Positions 46,991 to 57,248 of a stretch of 62,000 nt of DNA are shown in pieces (within the stretch, counting starts at the first letter, position 1; each line of letters begins with the position of its first letter). Position numbers and translations under genes: made by a program. Below the pieces are notes generated by a model. It was not told the DNA's origin, did not search any database, and was given only the letters and a program-made list of their open reading frames with translations. The DNA lies in contig JBKPDT010000127.1 in the NCBI GenBank assembly GCA_046728035.1, positions 1 through 62,000 of the forward strand, in the 5' to 3' direction. Origin of the DNA: Candidatus Methylomirabilota bacterium. GTDB taxonomy: Bacteria; Methylomirabilota; Methylomirabilia; Rokubacteriales; CSP1-6.

Positions 46991-47323
46991 ATGAAGATCA
47001 CCTCCATGCTCGTGGCACTCGTCTTGGTGCTCGCTGCCATATCGGCCTCGGCCGAGTGCCCGTGGGTGTTGTGGGTGGAGGCCCCCGTAGGCTCAGATCA
47101 GTGGAGTATCGCCAGAGTCTCTCAAACTCGGTTCACAGCTAGCAAGGACTGTCAGCGATTCGCTGATGACCTCAACGCCTTTGAGCGGACCATGGGCCAG
47201 ATGCACGGGACGAGCGGCGAGGCCCGCGACGGATTCAGCTGTCTCCCGTGCACAGTCGATCCGCGACCGGAAGGAGCGTTGCTCCACGAGGGCCCGACGC
47301 CGCGCGGGCCGAAGGCGAAGTGA
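46991..47323 (+). CDS. Small secreted Cys-containing hypothetical protein
   Basis: GGAGGAG SD. MKITSMLVALVLVLAAISASA|ECPWVLW... Confidence 0.55.
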   Translation: MKITSMLVALVLVLAAISASAECPWVLWVEAPVGSDQWSIARVSQTRFTASKDCQRFADDLNAFERTMGQMHGTSGEARDGFSCLPCTVDPRPEGALLHEGPTPRGPKAK

Positions 47324-47394
47324 CCCAATGATCCCTGCCAGCCATGCCCGCGAACGGACCGACCGCGAGTAGGCGAGGGGTCACTACGAATGAG

Positions 47395-47475
47395 TCATTC
47401 GGCGAGGAAGTAGGCGGTGACAGCCATGGCGGCGACCGCGAGCCAGCGAATAATCGTCAGTCCGAGGCGGATCAT
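47395..47475 (-). CDS. Candidate 26-aa hydrophobic peptide
   Basis: AAGGAG-N6-ATG. MIRLGLTIIRWLAVAAMAVTAYFLAE*. Not in the ORF track (too short). Confidence 0.3.
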   Translation of the reverse strand: MIRLGLTIIRWLAVAAMAVTAYFLAE

Positions 47476-47867
47476 GCGTGCTCCTTCTACTGACCACCAT
47501 GCTCCCGCATCTTCTCGGCGAGCACCAGAGGTAATGAGAAAAGTTCGCAGGATTCTGCAAGGCCACAAGGTTGCGCAAGTTCACGAGGTTCTTCAAATAC
47601 AGCATTGCGGAACATGCACATGCGGCCTACTTCTTGGGGACCCGCTCGTGGGCGACGCCGACCTTCAGGAAGCCGCCCCGAGCTGACGGGCACAATCCCG
47701 GGCACAAACGCGCGATCGGGTGCTATCCTCGCCGCTCGGGAGACTGAGAAATCAGGCGGTTAACGGGCACTATCTATTGGGCGTCCGGGGCGTACGCCGC
47801 CCTCGCCTCCCTCTTTCACCTCTACACCGCCGGCTACGGGGTCTTCGAGCCGCGCATCCAGCGCTCG

Positions 47868-49631
47868 ATGCACCTCCTCTTCCTGGTGCCGCTCGTGTTC
47901 CTGGCGTTTCCGTTCAACAAGCGCGCGCCCCGGGACCGGCCCAGCGTGCCGGACTGGATCTGGGCGACGATCTCCTGGCTCGCCAGCGCCTATCTCATCT
48001 GGGACCACACCCGGCTGGACCACCGCTGGGAGGGCGCCTCCCCCGTGCTGCCCGTGGAGGTGGTGCTGGGCTCGGTGATGGCCGGCCTCGTGATCGAGGC
48101 CTGCCGTCGCTCGCTATCCCCGTGGATGGCGGTGACGATCTCGCTGTCCCTCGTCTACCTCGCCACCAGCCAGTGGATTCCCGGCCTCTTCAACTTCAAG
48201 GGCTACTCGTTTCCGCGCATGGTCGAGTTCGTCTACCTCGCCGGCGACGAGGGCATGTACGGCTTCCTCACCGGCATCTCCGCCAACATCCTGTTCATCT
48301 ACGTCCTCTTCGCCTCGGTCATGATGCGAGCGGGCGTGGGGGAGTGGGTCATTGACGTCGCGGTCAAGCTGGCCGGCTGGGCGCGCGGCGGTCCCGCCAA
48401 GATCGCGGTGATCGGCTCGGCGCTCTTCGGCACCATCTCGGGCTCGACGGTGGCCAACGTCTACGCCACCGGCTCCTTCACCATCCCGCTCATGAAGAAG
48501 GGCGGCTATTCGGCGAAGAACGCTGCCGCCATCGAGGCCATCGCGGGCACGGGGGGACAGATCATGCCGCCCGTCATGGGCGCGGGCGTCTTCATCATGG
48601 CCGAGATCACCGGCATCTCCTACTTCGAGATCATCAAGGCCGCCGCCATCCCGGCCATGCTCTACTACGTGGGCCTCTTCGCCATGGTCCACTTCCTCGC
48701 CCTCCGGTACGGCGTCGCGGCGGTGCCGCGGAGCCAGCGGCCGTCGTGGCGGCCGGTGCTGCGGCGGGCCTACTTCGCCATCCCCTTCGTGATGATCGTC
48801 TATCTCCTCGCCCAGGGATACTCGCCCACCGGCGCCGCCTTTTACACCATCGTGGCGACCTTCGTCCTCTCCTTCCTGGACCGCGCCACGTGGATGACCC
48901 CGCGCAAGTGCTGGGACGCGCTGGTGGAGGCGGCCTTCAGCGCCGCGACCATCGCGGTGGCGCTGGCGGGATCGGGCATGATCGTGGGCGTGCTCACGCG
49001 GACGGGCGCGGCGCTGGCCTTCGGCGGCACCGTGGTCAATTTCTCGGGGGGCATCCTTGTCGTCGCCATGGTCCTGATCTTCCTCGTGGTCTCGGTGCTG
49101 GGCACGGGCATTCCCACGACCGCCGCCTACGTGATCTCGGTCACGGTGGGCGCGGCCGCCCTGGGCAATCTCGGCGTGAGCCTCCTCGCCGCGCATCTCT
49201 TCGTCTTCTACTACGCGGTGCTCTCCGACCTCACGCCCCCCGACGCCGTGACCGCCTTCGCCGCCGCCAATATCGCGGGCGCCGACATGTTCGCGACGGG
49301 GATCGAGGCCTTCCGCCTGGGCATCGCGGGCTTCCTCGTGCCCTTCGCCTTCGTGTTCCACCCCGAACTCGTCCTCAAGGGGGACTGGAGCCAGATCCTC
49401 CTCATGTCCGCCTTCGCCGCGGTCTCGGCGACCGCGCTCGCGTCGACGGTCGTGGGTCACGCATGGGGGCCGATCGGGTGGGGCGTGCGGGTCCTCTGCG
49501 TGGTGGCGGCGGCGATGCTCGTGACGCGAGGGATGTCGTGGCAGCTGGCGGGACTGGGTCTCTACGCGGGGGTGCTGGCCTGGGGGGCCTGGAGCCGCCG
49601 GTCCGCCCGCGCGCCCGTCACCGCCGCCTGA
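47868..49631 (+). CDS. TRAP transporter fused permease (TAXI-type DctQM)
   Basis: Multi-TM 587 aa from the first ATG. The conserved N-terminal segment continues 40 codons upstream (to 47748) with no ATG/GTG/TTG. Confidence 0.88.
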   Translation: MHLLFLVPLVFLAFPFNKRAPRDRPSVPDWIWATISWLASAYLIWDHTRLDHRWEGASPVLPVEVVLGSVMAGLVIEACRRSLSPWMAVTISLSLVYLATSQWIPGLFNFKGYSFPRMVEFVYLAGDEGMYGFLTGISANILFIYVLFASVMMRAGVGEWVIDVAVKLAGWARGGPAKIAVIGSALFGTISGSTVANVYATGSFTIPLMKKGGYSAKNAAAIEAIAGTGGQIMPPVMGAGVFIMAEITGISYFEIIKAAAIPAMLYYVGLFAMVHFLALRYGVAAVPRSQRPSWRPVLRRAYFAIPFVMIVYLLAQGYSPTGAAFYTIVATFVLSFLDRATWMTPRKCWDALVEAAFSAATIAVALAGSGMIVGVLTRTGAALAFGGTVVNFSGGILVVAMVLIFLVVSVLGTGIPTTAAYVISVTVGAAALGNLGVSLLAAHLFVFYYAVLSDLTPPDAVTAFAAANIAGADMFATGIEAFRLGIAGFLVPFAFVFHPELVLKGDWSQILLMSAFAAVSATALASTVVGHAWGPIGWGVRVLCVVAAAMLVTRGMSWQLAGLGLYAGVLAWGAWSRRSARAPVTAA

Positions 49632-50004
49632 GCCGCTCGAGGACGGCGGCGTCGGCGGGAGGGAACTCGTACCGCGGCAGATCGGCGGGGGCCACCCACG
49701 CCATCTCCTGGCCCTCCAGGGGACGCGGCTCGCCGTCGATGCTTCCGCGGAAGAACGTGATGCGGACGTGCCGGTCGGGATAGCGCCAGTCCACCTCGGC
49801 GATGCGCTCGCTCGGTGCGAAGGTGACCCCCAGCTCCTCGCGGACCTCCCGGGCCAGCGCGCCCTCGGTGGTCTCGCCCGGCTCGGGCTTGCCACCGGGA
49901 AACTCCCAGAGCCCCTCGAGGTGCGCCCCCTTGGGCCGGCGCGTGATCAGAATCTTCCCGTCGCGCTCGATGATGGCGGCGACGACGGTGATGGTCTCCG
50001 TCAT
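49618..50004 (-). CDS. mutT: NUDIX hydrolase, MutT-type (8-oxo-dGTP diphosphatase-like)
   Basis: ORF 49618..50097 trimmed to ATG 50004. Nudix box GGKPEPGETTEGALAREVREELGV. Confidence 0.85.
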   Translation of the reverse strand: MTETITVVAAIIERDGKILITRRPKGAHLEGLWEFPGGKPEPGETTEGALAREVREELGVTFAPSERIAEVDWRYPDRHVRITFFRGSIDGEPRPLEGQEMAWVAPADLPRYEFPPADAAVLERLRRR

Positions 50005-50006
50005 GT

Positions 50007-50699
50007 CTACCGGCGGGCGGGACGGGACGCGGGATAGCTCACGCAGAACCCGCGCATCGGGCAGCGCGGGCAGCGGGGGGCGCGCGCCGTGCACCACGTG
50101 GCGCCGAAGTCCATCAGGGCCTGGTTCCAGTCATAGGCGCGTCCCTTCGGCAGGAGCGCTTCGGCGAGGTCCCACAGGGTCCTTTGCCCGCGCAGCCGGG
50201 CCAGTCGCCGGGGACCCAGGAAGATACGCCCGAGGACCCGACGGATATTGGTGTCCACGATGGCCGCGTCGCGCCGAAAGGCGAACGAGAGCAGCGCGCC
50301 CGCGGTGTAGCGACCGATGCCGCGCATGCCGCGGAGGGCGGCGGCATCGTCGGGGAGACGACCATCGTAGCGCGCGAGCGTCTCGCGCGCGATGCCCTGC
50401 AGATGCACCGGACGAATGTTGTAGCCGAGCGGGTACCAGGTCTGCTTCACCTCGACCGGTTGCGCGGTGGCCAGGCGCTCGAGCGTCGGATAGCGCGCGA
50501 GGAACTCGTGGTACTTGGGGATCACGCGCTCCACCTGAGTCTGCTGGAGCATGATCTCGGAGACGAGGATGTGATACGGATCGGACGTCGTTCGCCACGG
50601 CAGGTCGCGGCGGTGCCGCCGGTACCAGCCGAGCAGCCCGCGCTGGAAGCGGCGACGGAGAGCGAGCGTCACGCGGGGGGGCGCGGGCACGGCGGCCAT
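50007..50699 (-). CDS. mutY: A/G-specific adenine glycosylase, catalytic domain only (no C-terminal NUDIX-like domain)
   Basis: ORF 50007..51668 trimmed to ATG 50699. EIMLQQTQVERVIP, GIGRYTAGA, VDTNIRRVL, CTARAPRCPRCPMRGFC cluster loop. 230 aa. Confidence 0.85.
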   Translation of the reverse strand: MAAVPAPPRVTLALRRRFQRGLLGWYRRHRRDLPWRTTSDPYHILVSEIMLQQTQVERVIPKYHEFLARYPTLERLATAQPVEVKQTWYPLGYNIRPVHLQGIARETLARYDGRLPDDAAALRGMRGIGRYTAGALLSFAFRRDAAIVDTNIRRVLGRIFLGPRRLARLRGQRTLWDLAEALLPKGRAYDWNQALMDFGATWCTARAPRCPRCPMRGFCVSYPASRPARR

Positions 50700-50762
50700 T
50701 CTCACCTCTTCTCCCGGTGGCCGCAAGTTGACATCCGTGACGCCGGCATCAACAATGACGCC

Positions 50763-51749
50763 ATGCCGAGCGCGCCGACCCCCGCCGAGCAGTACCGCGC
50801 CGTCCGCGAGTCCGCGGGACTGATCGATCGCTCGTCGGTCGGCAAGGCCGAGGTCGAGGGCCGGGATCGCGCGAGCTTTCTCCAGGGCATGCTGAGCAAT
50901 GACGTCAAGGGGCTCGCACCGGGACAGGGCTGCCCCGCCGCCTTCCTCGACGCTCACGGCAAGGTGATGGCGCTGCTGCATGTCTACGCCCTCGCCGACC
51001 GGCTTCTCCTCGAGCTGCCGCCCGGGCTCACGCAGAAGACCTTGCTCCTCCTCGACAAGTATTTGATCTCGGAGAAGGCATCCTTCGAGGCCATGGACGA
51101 GGCGTACGCCGTCCTCTCCGTACAGGGGCCCGCCGCGCCCGCGCTGCTCGGCGGACTCGCCGGCCAGGCCCTCGATCTGGCGCCGCACGCCCACGTGGAA
51201 GCGACGCTGGCGGGCCTCGCCACACGCGTTGCGCAACGCTCGGAATTCGGCTCCCTTCCCGGTTTCTTCATCTGGACCGAGCCGGATAGCGCGGAATCGA
51301 TCCGATCCGCGATCACCGCCGCCGCCACGCCCGTGGATCACGACGTCGCGGAGGTGCTCCGCGTGGAGGCCGGCGTGCCCGCCTTTGGGCAGGATGTGGA
51401 CGAGTCGGTGATCCTGCCCGAGACGGGCCTCGAGTCGCTGGTCAGCTACACCAAGGGCTGCTATATCGGCCAGGAGGTGGTGGCCCGCGTGAAGTACCGC
51501 GGTCACGTCAATCGCTCGCTGGCCGGGCTCCGGCTCGAGGGTGATCGGGTGCCCGCGCCGGGCGCCGCGGTCACGGCCGCGGAGCGCACGATCGGGCGTG
51601 TCACCTCCGCGGTTCGGTCGATCGGGATGGGTGGGCCCATCGCCCTGGGCTACGTGCGGCGCGAGCATCTCGAGCCGGGTGCGCGCGTGTCCGTCAACGT
51701 CGGGGACGACCTCGTCCCCGCGCGCGTGTCCGCCCTCCCGTTCATCTAG
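50763..51749 (+). CDS. ygfZ: YgfZ/GcvT-like folate-binding protein
   Basis: ORF 50184..51749 trimmed to ATG 50763. SYTKGCYIGQEVVARVKYRG signature. Confidence 0.85.
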   Translation: MPSAPTPAEQYRAVRESAGLIDRSSVGKAEVEGRDRASFLQGMLSNDVKGLAPGQGCPAAFLDAHGKVMALLHVYALADRLLLELPPGLTQKTLLLLDKYLISEKASFEAMDEAYAVLSVQGPAAPALLGGLAGQALDLAPHAHVEATLAGLATRVAQRSEFGSLPGFFIWTEPDSAESIRSAITAAATPVDHDVAEVLRVEAGVPAFGQDVDESVILPETGLESLVSYTKGCYIGQEVVARVKYRGHVNRSLAGLRLEGDRVPAPGAAVTAAERTIGRVTSAVRSIGMGGPIALGYVRREHLEPGARVSVNVGDDLVPARVSALPFI

Positions 51750-51776
51750 TCCCGACCCTCACCCGAGGAGCGTCCC

Positions 51777-53834
<2,058 letters not shown>

Positions 53835-53841
53835 TTCGGCT

Positions 53842-53932
53842 GGCGACGCGGGGGGAGGTTTCCTGAGAACCGGGTGCGGCCCGGGACCCCTCGAACCTGA
53901 TCTGGATAATCCCAGCGAAGGGAACGCGGCGC
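53842..53932 (+). promoter_or_regulatory. TPP (THI-box) riboswitch
   Basis: CCUGAGA ... ACCCCUCGAACCUGAUCUGGAUAAUCCCAGCGAAGGGAA matches the THI element core. Flanking CGCG/CGCG forms P1. Confidence 0.9.
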
Positions 53933-53947
53933 GACCGTGACGACTCG

Positions 53948-53979
53948 ACCGCACCCGATGGGGTGCGGTTTTTTGTTTT
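53948..53979 (+). terminator. Intrinsic terminator (riboswitch expression platform)
   Basis: ACCGCACCC-GATG-GGGTGCGGT followed by TTTTTGTTTT. Confidence 0.85.
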
Positions 53980-53990
53980 CGGGGGGCGCC

Positions 53991-54191
53991 ATGACGGTCA
54001 CGGTGAACGGCGAGCCGATGGAGCTGCCCGAGGGGCTCACCATCGAGGGACTGCTCGGCCAGCTCAAGATCCACCGCGAGTACACGGCGGTGGCGCTCAA
54101 TCGCGAGGTATGGCCCAAGTCGCGCTACGCGGAGACCGTGCTCAAGGACGGCGACCGGGTGGAGATCGTTCGGCCAATGGGAGGCGGCTGA
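53991..54191 (+). CDS. thiS: Sulfur-carrier protein ThiS
   Basis: ORF 53937..54191 trimmed to ATG 53991. 66 aa ending ...VRPMGGG. Confidence 0.88.
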   Translation: MTVTVNGEPMELPEGLTIEGLLGQLKIHREYTAVALNREVWPKSRYAETVLKDGDRVEIVRPMGGG

Positions 54192-54192
54192 C

Positions 54193-54978
54193 ATGTACGA
54201 CACATCGCTCTGGCTCGGTGGCAAGGAGTTCAAGTCCCGTCTCATCGTCGGCACGGGCAAATACCCGTCGTTCGAGAACATGCGGGAGGCGATCGAGGCC
54301 TCCGGCGCGGAGATCGTCACGGTGGCGGTCCGTCGCGTGAGCCTGCCGGGGCAGGGGGAGTCCCTGCTCGACTACATCGACCCCAAGCGCTACACCCTGC
54401 TGCCCAATACCGCCGGCTGCTACACGGTGGACGAGACGGTGCGCACCTGCTATCTCGCGCGCGAGGCCGGTCTCGGCACCCTTGTCAAGCTCGAGGTCAT
54501 CGGTGACGCCCGCACGCTCTTCCCCGACACCCTCGGCCTCCTCGAGGCCACGCGGACCCTCGCCAAGGAAGGCTTCACCGTGCTTCCGTACACGAACGAC
54601 GACCCCGTCATGTGCAAGAAGCTCGAGGACGCGGGGGCGGCGGCGGTGATGCCGCTGGGCGCGCCCATCGGCTCGGGGCTCGGGATCCGCAATCCGTACA
54701 ACCTCAGGCTCATTCTCGAGGCGGTCACGGTGCCGGTCATCGTCGACGCGGGCGTCGGCACCGCCTCCGATGCCGCCATCGCCATGGAGCTGGGCTGCGA
54801 CGGCGTGCTGATGAACACCGCCATCGCGGGCGCCAAGGATCCGGTGGCGATGGCCAACGCCATGCGCCTCGCGGTGGAGGCGGGCCGGCTCGCCTTCAAG
54901 GCCGGACGCATCGGCAAGAAGCTCTACGCCACCGCGTCCTCGCCCATCGAGGGCGTGCCCGACTGGAGCACGAGCTGA
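54193..54978 (+). CDS. thiG: Thiazole synthase
   Basis: [10 protein letters not shown]...[10 protein letters not shown]...LLPNTAGC... Confidence 0.95.
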   Translation: MYDTSLWLGGKEFKSRLIVGTGKYPSFENMREAIEASGAEIVTVAVRRVSLPGQGESLLDYIDPKRYTLLPNTAGCYTVDETVRTCYLAREAGLGTLVKLEVIGDARTLFPDTLGLLEATRTLAKEGFTVLPYTNDDPVMCKKLEDAGAAAVMPLGAPIGSGLGIRNPYNLRLILEAVTVPVIVDAGVGTASDAAIAMELGCDGVLMNTAIAGAKDPVAMANAMRLAVEAGRLAFKAGRIGKKLYATASSPIEGVPDWSTS

Positions 54979-55601
54979 TCGGCGGACCCGGCTTCGCCCT
55001 CTATCTCGTCACCGACCGGCGGCAGTCACGCGGGCCCCTCACGGGGGCCGTCGAGGCCTGCCTCGAGGCCGGGCTCCGGGCGGTCCAGCTGCGGGAGAAG
55101 GACCTGCCGGTCCGCGAGCTTTTCTCCCTCGCCGAGTCGCTGCGCGGGCCGACGGGCAGGCACGGTGCCCGTCTCGTCATCAACGACCGCGCCGACGTGG
55201 CCCTCGCGGCGGGGGCCGACGGCGTGCAGCGCGCGCACGACTCCCTGCCGGTGGCCGCGCTGCGCGGGATCGGCCGGCACCTCCTCATCGGCGCCTCCGT
55301 CCACTCCGTCGACGAGGCGCGGGCCGCCACCGAGGAGGGCGCGGACTTCCTCGTTTTCGGACCCGTCTACGACACCCCCTCCAAGCGGGCGTACGGGCCG
55401 CCGCAGGGCCTGGACGCGCTCCGCCGGGTCGCCGGCGAGGTGACGAGACCGGTGCTCGCCATCGGCGGCATCACCGCGGCGCGGGTCCGCGAGGTGCTGG
55501 GGGCGGGAGCCGCCGGTGTTGCAGTCATCTCGGCCATCCTCGCCGCGGACCGACCCGGGGATGCGACCCGCGCCTTCCTCGACGCGCTGGGACGAGCCTG
55601 A
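54975..55601 (+). CDS. thiE: Thiamine-phosphate synthase, probable CTG start
   Basis: [43 protein letters not shown]. There is no ATG/GTG/TTG in frame from more than 30 codons upstream through to GTG 55195 (the V of ADVAL), which lies past the conserved LYLVTD core. GGAG-N6-CTG at 54975 overlaps the thiG stop (CTGA). Confidence 0.8.
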   Translation: MIGGPGFALYLVTDRRQSRGPLTGAVEACLEAGLRAVQLREKDLPVRELFSLAESLRGPTGRHGARLVINDRADVALAAGADGVQRAHDSLPVAALRGIGRHLLIGASVHSVDEARAATEEGADFLVFGPVYDTPSKRAYGPPQGLDALRRVAGEVTRPVLAIGGITAARVREVLGAGAAGVAVISAILAADRPGDATRAFLDALGRA

Positions 55602-55650
55602 TGTCGTTCGGCGTGGCCTCCGTCGCCTTCTCCACGAGAAAGGATTCGTC

Positions 55651-56988
55651 ATGACCACCAGCGCCCGCCTCAAACAGGAGATCTGCGAGGCCATCGACCG
55701 ACGTGCCGACCGGATCATCGCGCTGGGGGAGGCGATCCGCCACCACCCAGAGCTGGGGTTCAAGGAGTTCAGGACGGCGCGGCTGGTGGAGGAGACCTTC
55801 CGCGAGCTGGGTCTGTCGCCCAAGACCGGGTTGGCGATCACCGGCGTCCGCGCGGAGGCGCGGGGTGCCACCGACGGGCCCACCTTCGCGCTGCTTGGCG
55901 AGCTGGACGCGCTCGTCGTGGCCGGGCACCCGGGAGCGGATCCCGAGACCGGCGCCGCGCATGCCTGCGGCCACAATGCCCAGATCGCCGGGCTGCTCGG
56001 CGCGGCCATGGGGCTCCTCGACGCCAAGGCGCTGGAGCGCCTCGCGGGGCGGGTGGTGTTCTTCGCGGTGCCCGCCGAGGAGTACGGCGACGTGGAGTGG
56101 CGGGTGCAGCAGGCGCGGGAAGGACGGCTGGAATTCCTGGGCGGAAAGCCCGAGCTGCTGCGGCTCGGCCACTTCGACGACGTGGATCTCGCCATGATGA
56201 TCCACACCACGCCGCAGCCCGAGATGAAGAAGGCCGGGGTGTCCGCCTCCAACAACGGGTGCATCGTGAAGACCGTCCGCTATGTCGGCCGCGCCTCCCA
56301 CGCGGGGGGCGCGCCGCATCTGGGGATCAACGCGCTGTACGCCGCCAACATCGGGCTGGCCGCCATCAACGCCGTGCGCGAGACGTTCCGCGACGAGGAT
56401 TCGATCCGCGTGCATCCGATCATCACCCACGGCGGCAGCCAGGTGAACGTGATTCCCGCCGACGTGCGCATCGAGACCTATGTGCGGGGCAGGTCGGTGG
56501 AGGCCATCCTCGACGCCAATGTCCGCGTGGATCGCGCGCTCCGCGCGGGCGCGCTCGCCCTCGGCGCCCGGGTAGAGATCGAGACCCTGCCCGGCTATCT
56601 CCCGCTCTTCAACCATGCCGGGATGACGGAGCGGTTCGTCGCCAATGCCGCCGCCGCGCTAGGCGCGGACCAGGTGACCCGGACCGGCCATCGCAGCGGG
56701 TCCACCGACATGGGCGACATCTCGCACGTGATGCCGACGCTCCACCCCTACATGGGCGGGGCCTCCGGGAGCGGCCATGGCGCGGACTACGCCATCACCG
56801 ACCCGCGGCTGGCTTACCTCGAGCCCGCGAAGCAGCTCGCCATGCTGGCGGTGGACATGCTCGCCGACGGGGCGGCGGGGGCGCGGCAGGTGCTCGCCGA
56901 TGGGAAGCCACGCATGACCCGCGCGGAGTACCTCGCGTTCCAGCGCAAGATCGCCCGGGCGGAAACGTTCGACGGCGCGATGGCCTAG
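55651..56988 (+). CDS. M20-family amidohydrolase (AbgB-like)
   Basis: ORF 55516..56988 trimmed to ATG 55651. AHACGHNAQIAG, FFAVPAEE. Confidence 0.85.
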   Translation: MTTSARLKQEICEAIDRRADRIIALGEAIRHHPELGFKEFRTARLVEETFRELGLSPKTGLAITGVRAEARGATDGPTFALLGELDALVVAGHPGADPETGAAHACGHNAQIAGLLGAAMGLLDAKALERLAGRVVFFAVPAEEYGDVEWRVQQAREGRLEFLGGKPELLRLGHFDDVDLAMMIHTTPQPEMKKAGVSASNNGCIVKTVRYVGRASHAGGAPHLGINALYAANIGLAAINAVRETFRDEDSIRVHPIITHGGSQVNVIPADVRIETYVRGRSVEAILDANVRVDRALRAGALALGARVEIETLPGYLPLFNHAGMTERFVANAAAALGADQVTRTGHRSGSTDMGDISHVMPTLHPYMGGASGSGHGADYAITDPRLAYLEPAKQLAMLAVDMLADGAAGARQVLADGKPRMTRAEYLAFQRKIARAETFDGAMA

Positions 56989-57248
56989 AGGCCGCCCGAC
57001 AGCGCGCAGAGGATGTGGACCTCGTCGACCGGACGCACCGGCTCGGTAAGGTCCTGCGCCGGCCGCATCCCCACGAAGAGTCGGATATGCGGTCGCACCC
57101 GGTCCTGCTCGTCGATGATCCGGAAGCGCAGGCCGGGAAAGCGCCCGTCGAGGTCCGCGAGCACGTCCCCGACGGTGGTCCCCGCGCCTTCGACCTCACG
57201 CCGTCCCTTGGTGTAGGAGAGCAACGGGGACGGGATCAGCACCCGCAT
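56985..57248 (-). CDS. MoaD/ThiS-family beta-grasp protein ending ...SGGL
   Basis: ORF 56985..57686 trimmed to ATG 57248 (TGATG overlap with the upstream gene). MRVLIPSPLLSYTKGRREVE...ILCALSGGL. Confidence 0.7.
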   Translation of the reverse strand: MRVLIPSPLLSYTKGRREVEGAGTTVGDVLADLDGRFPGLRFRIIDEQDRVRPHIRLFVGMRPAQDLTEPVRPVDEVHILCALSGGL

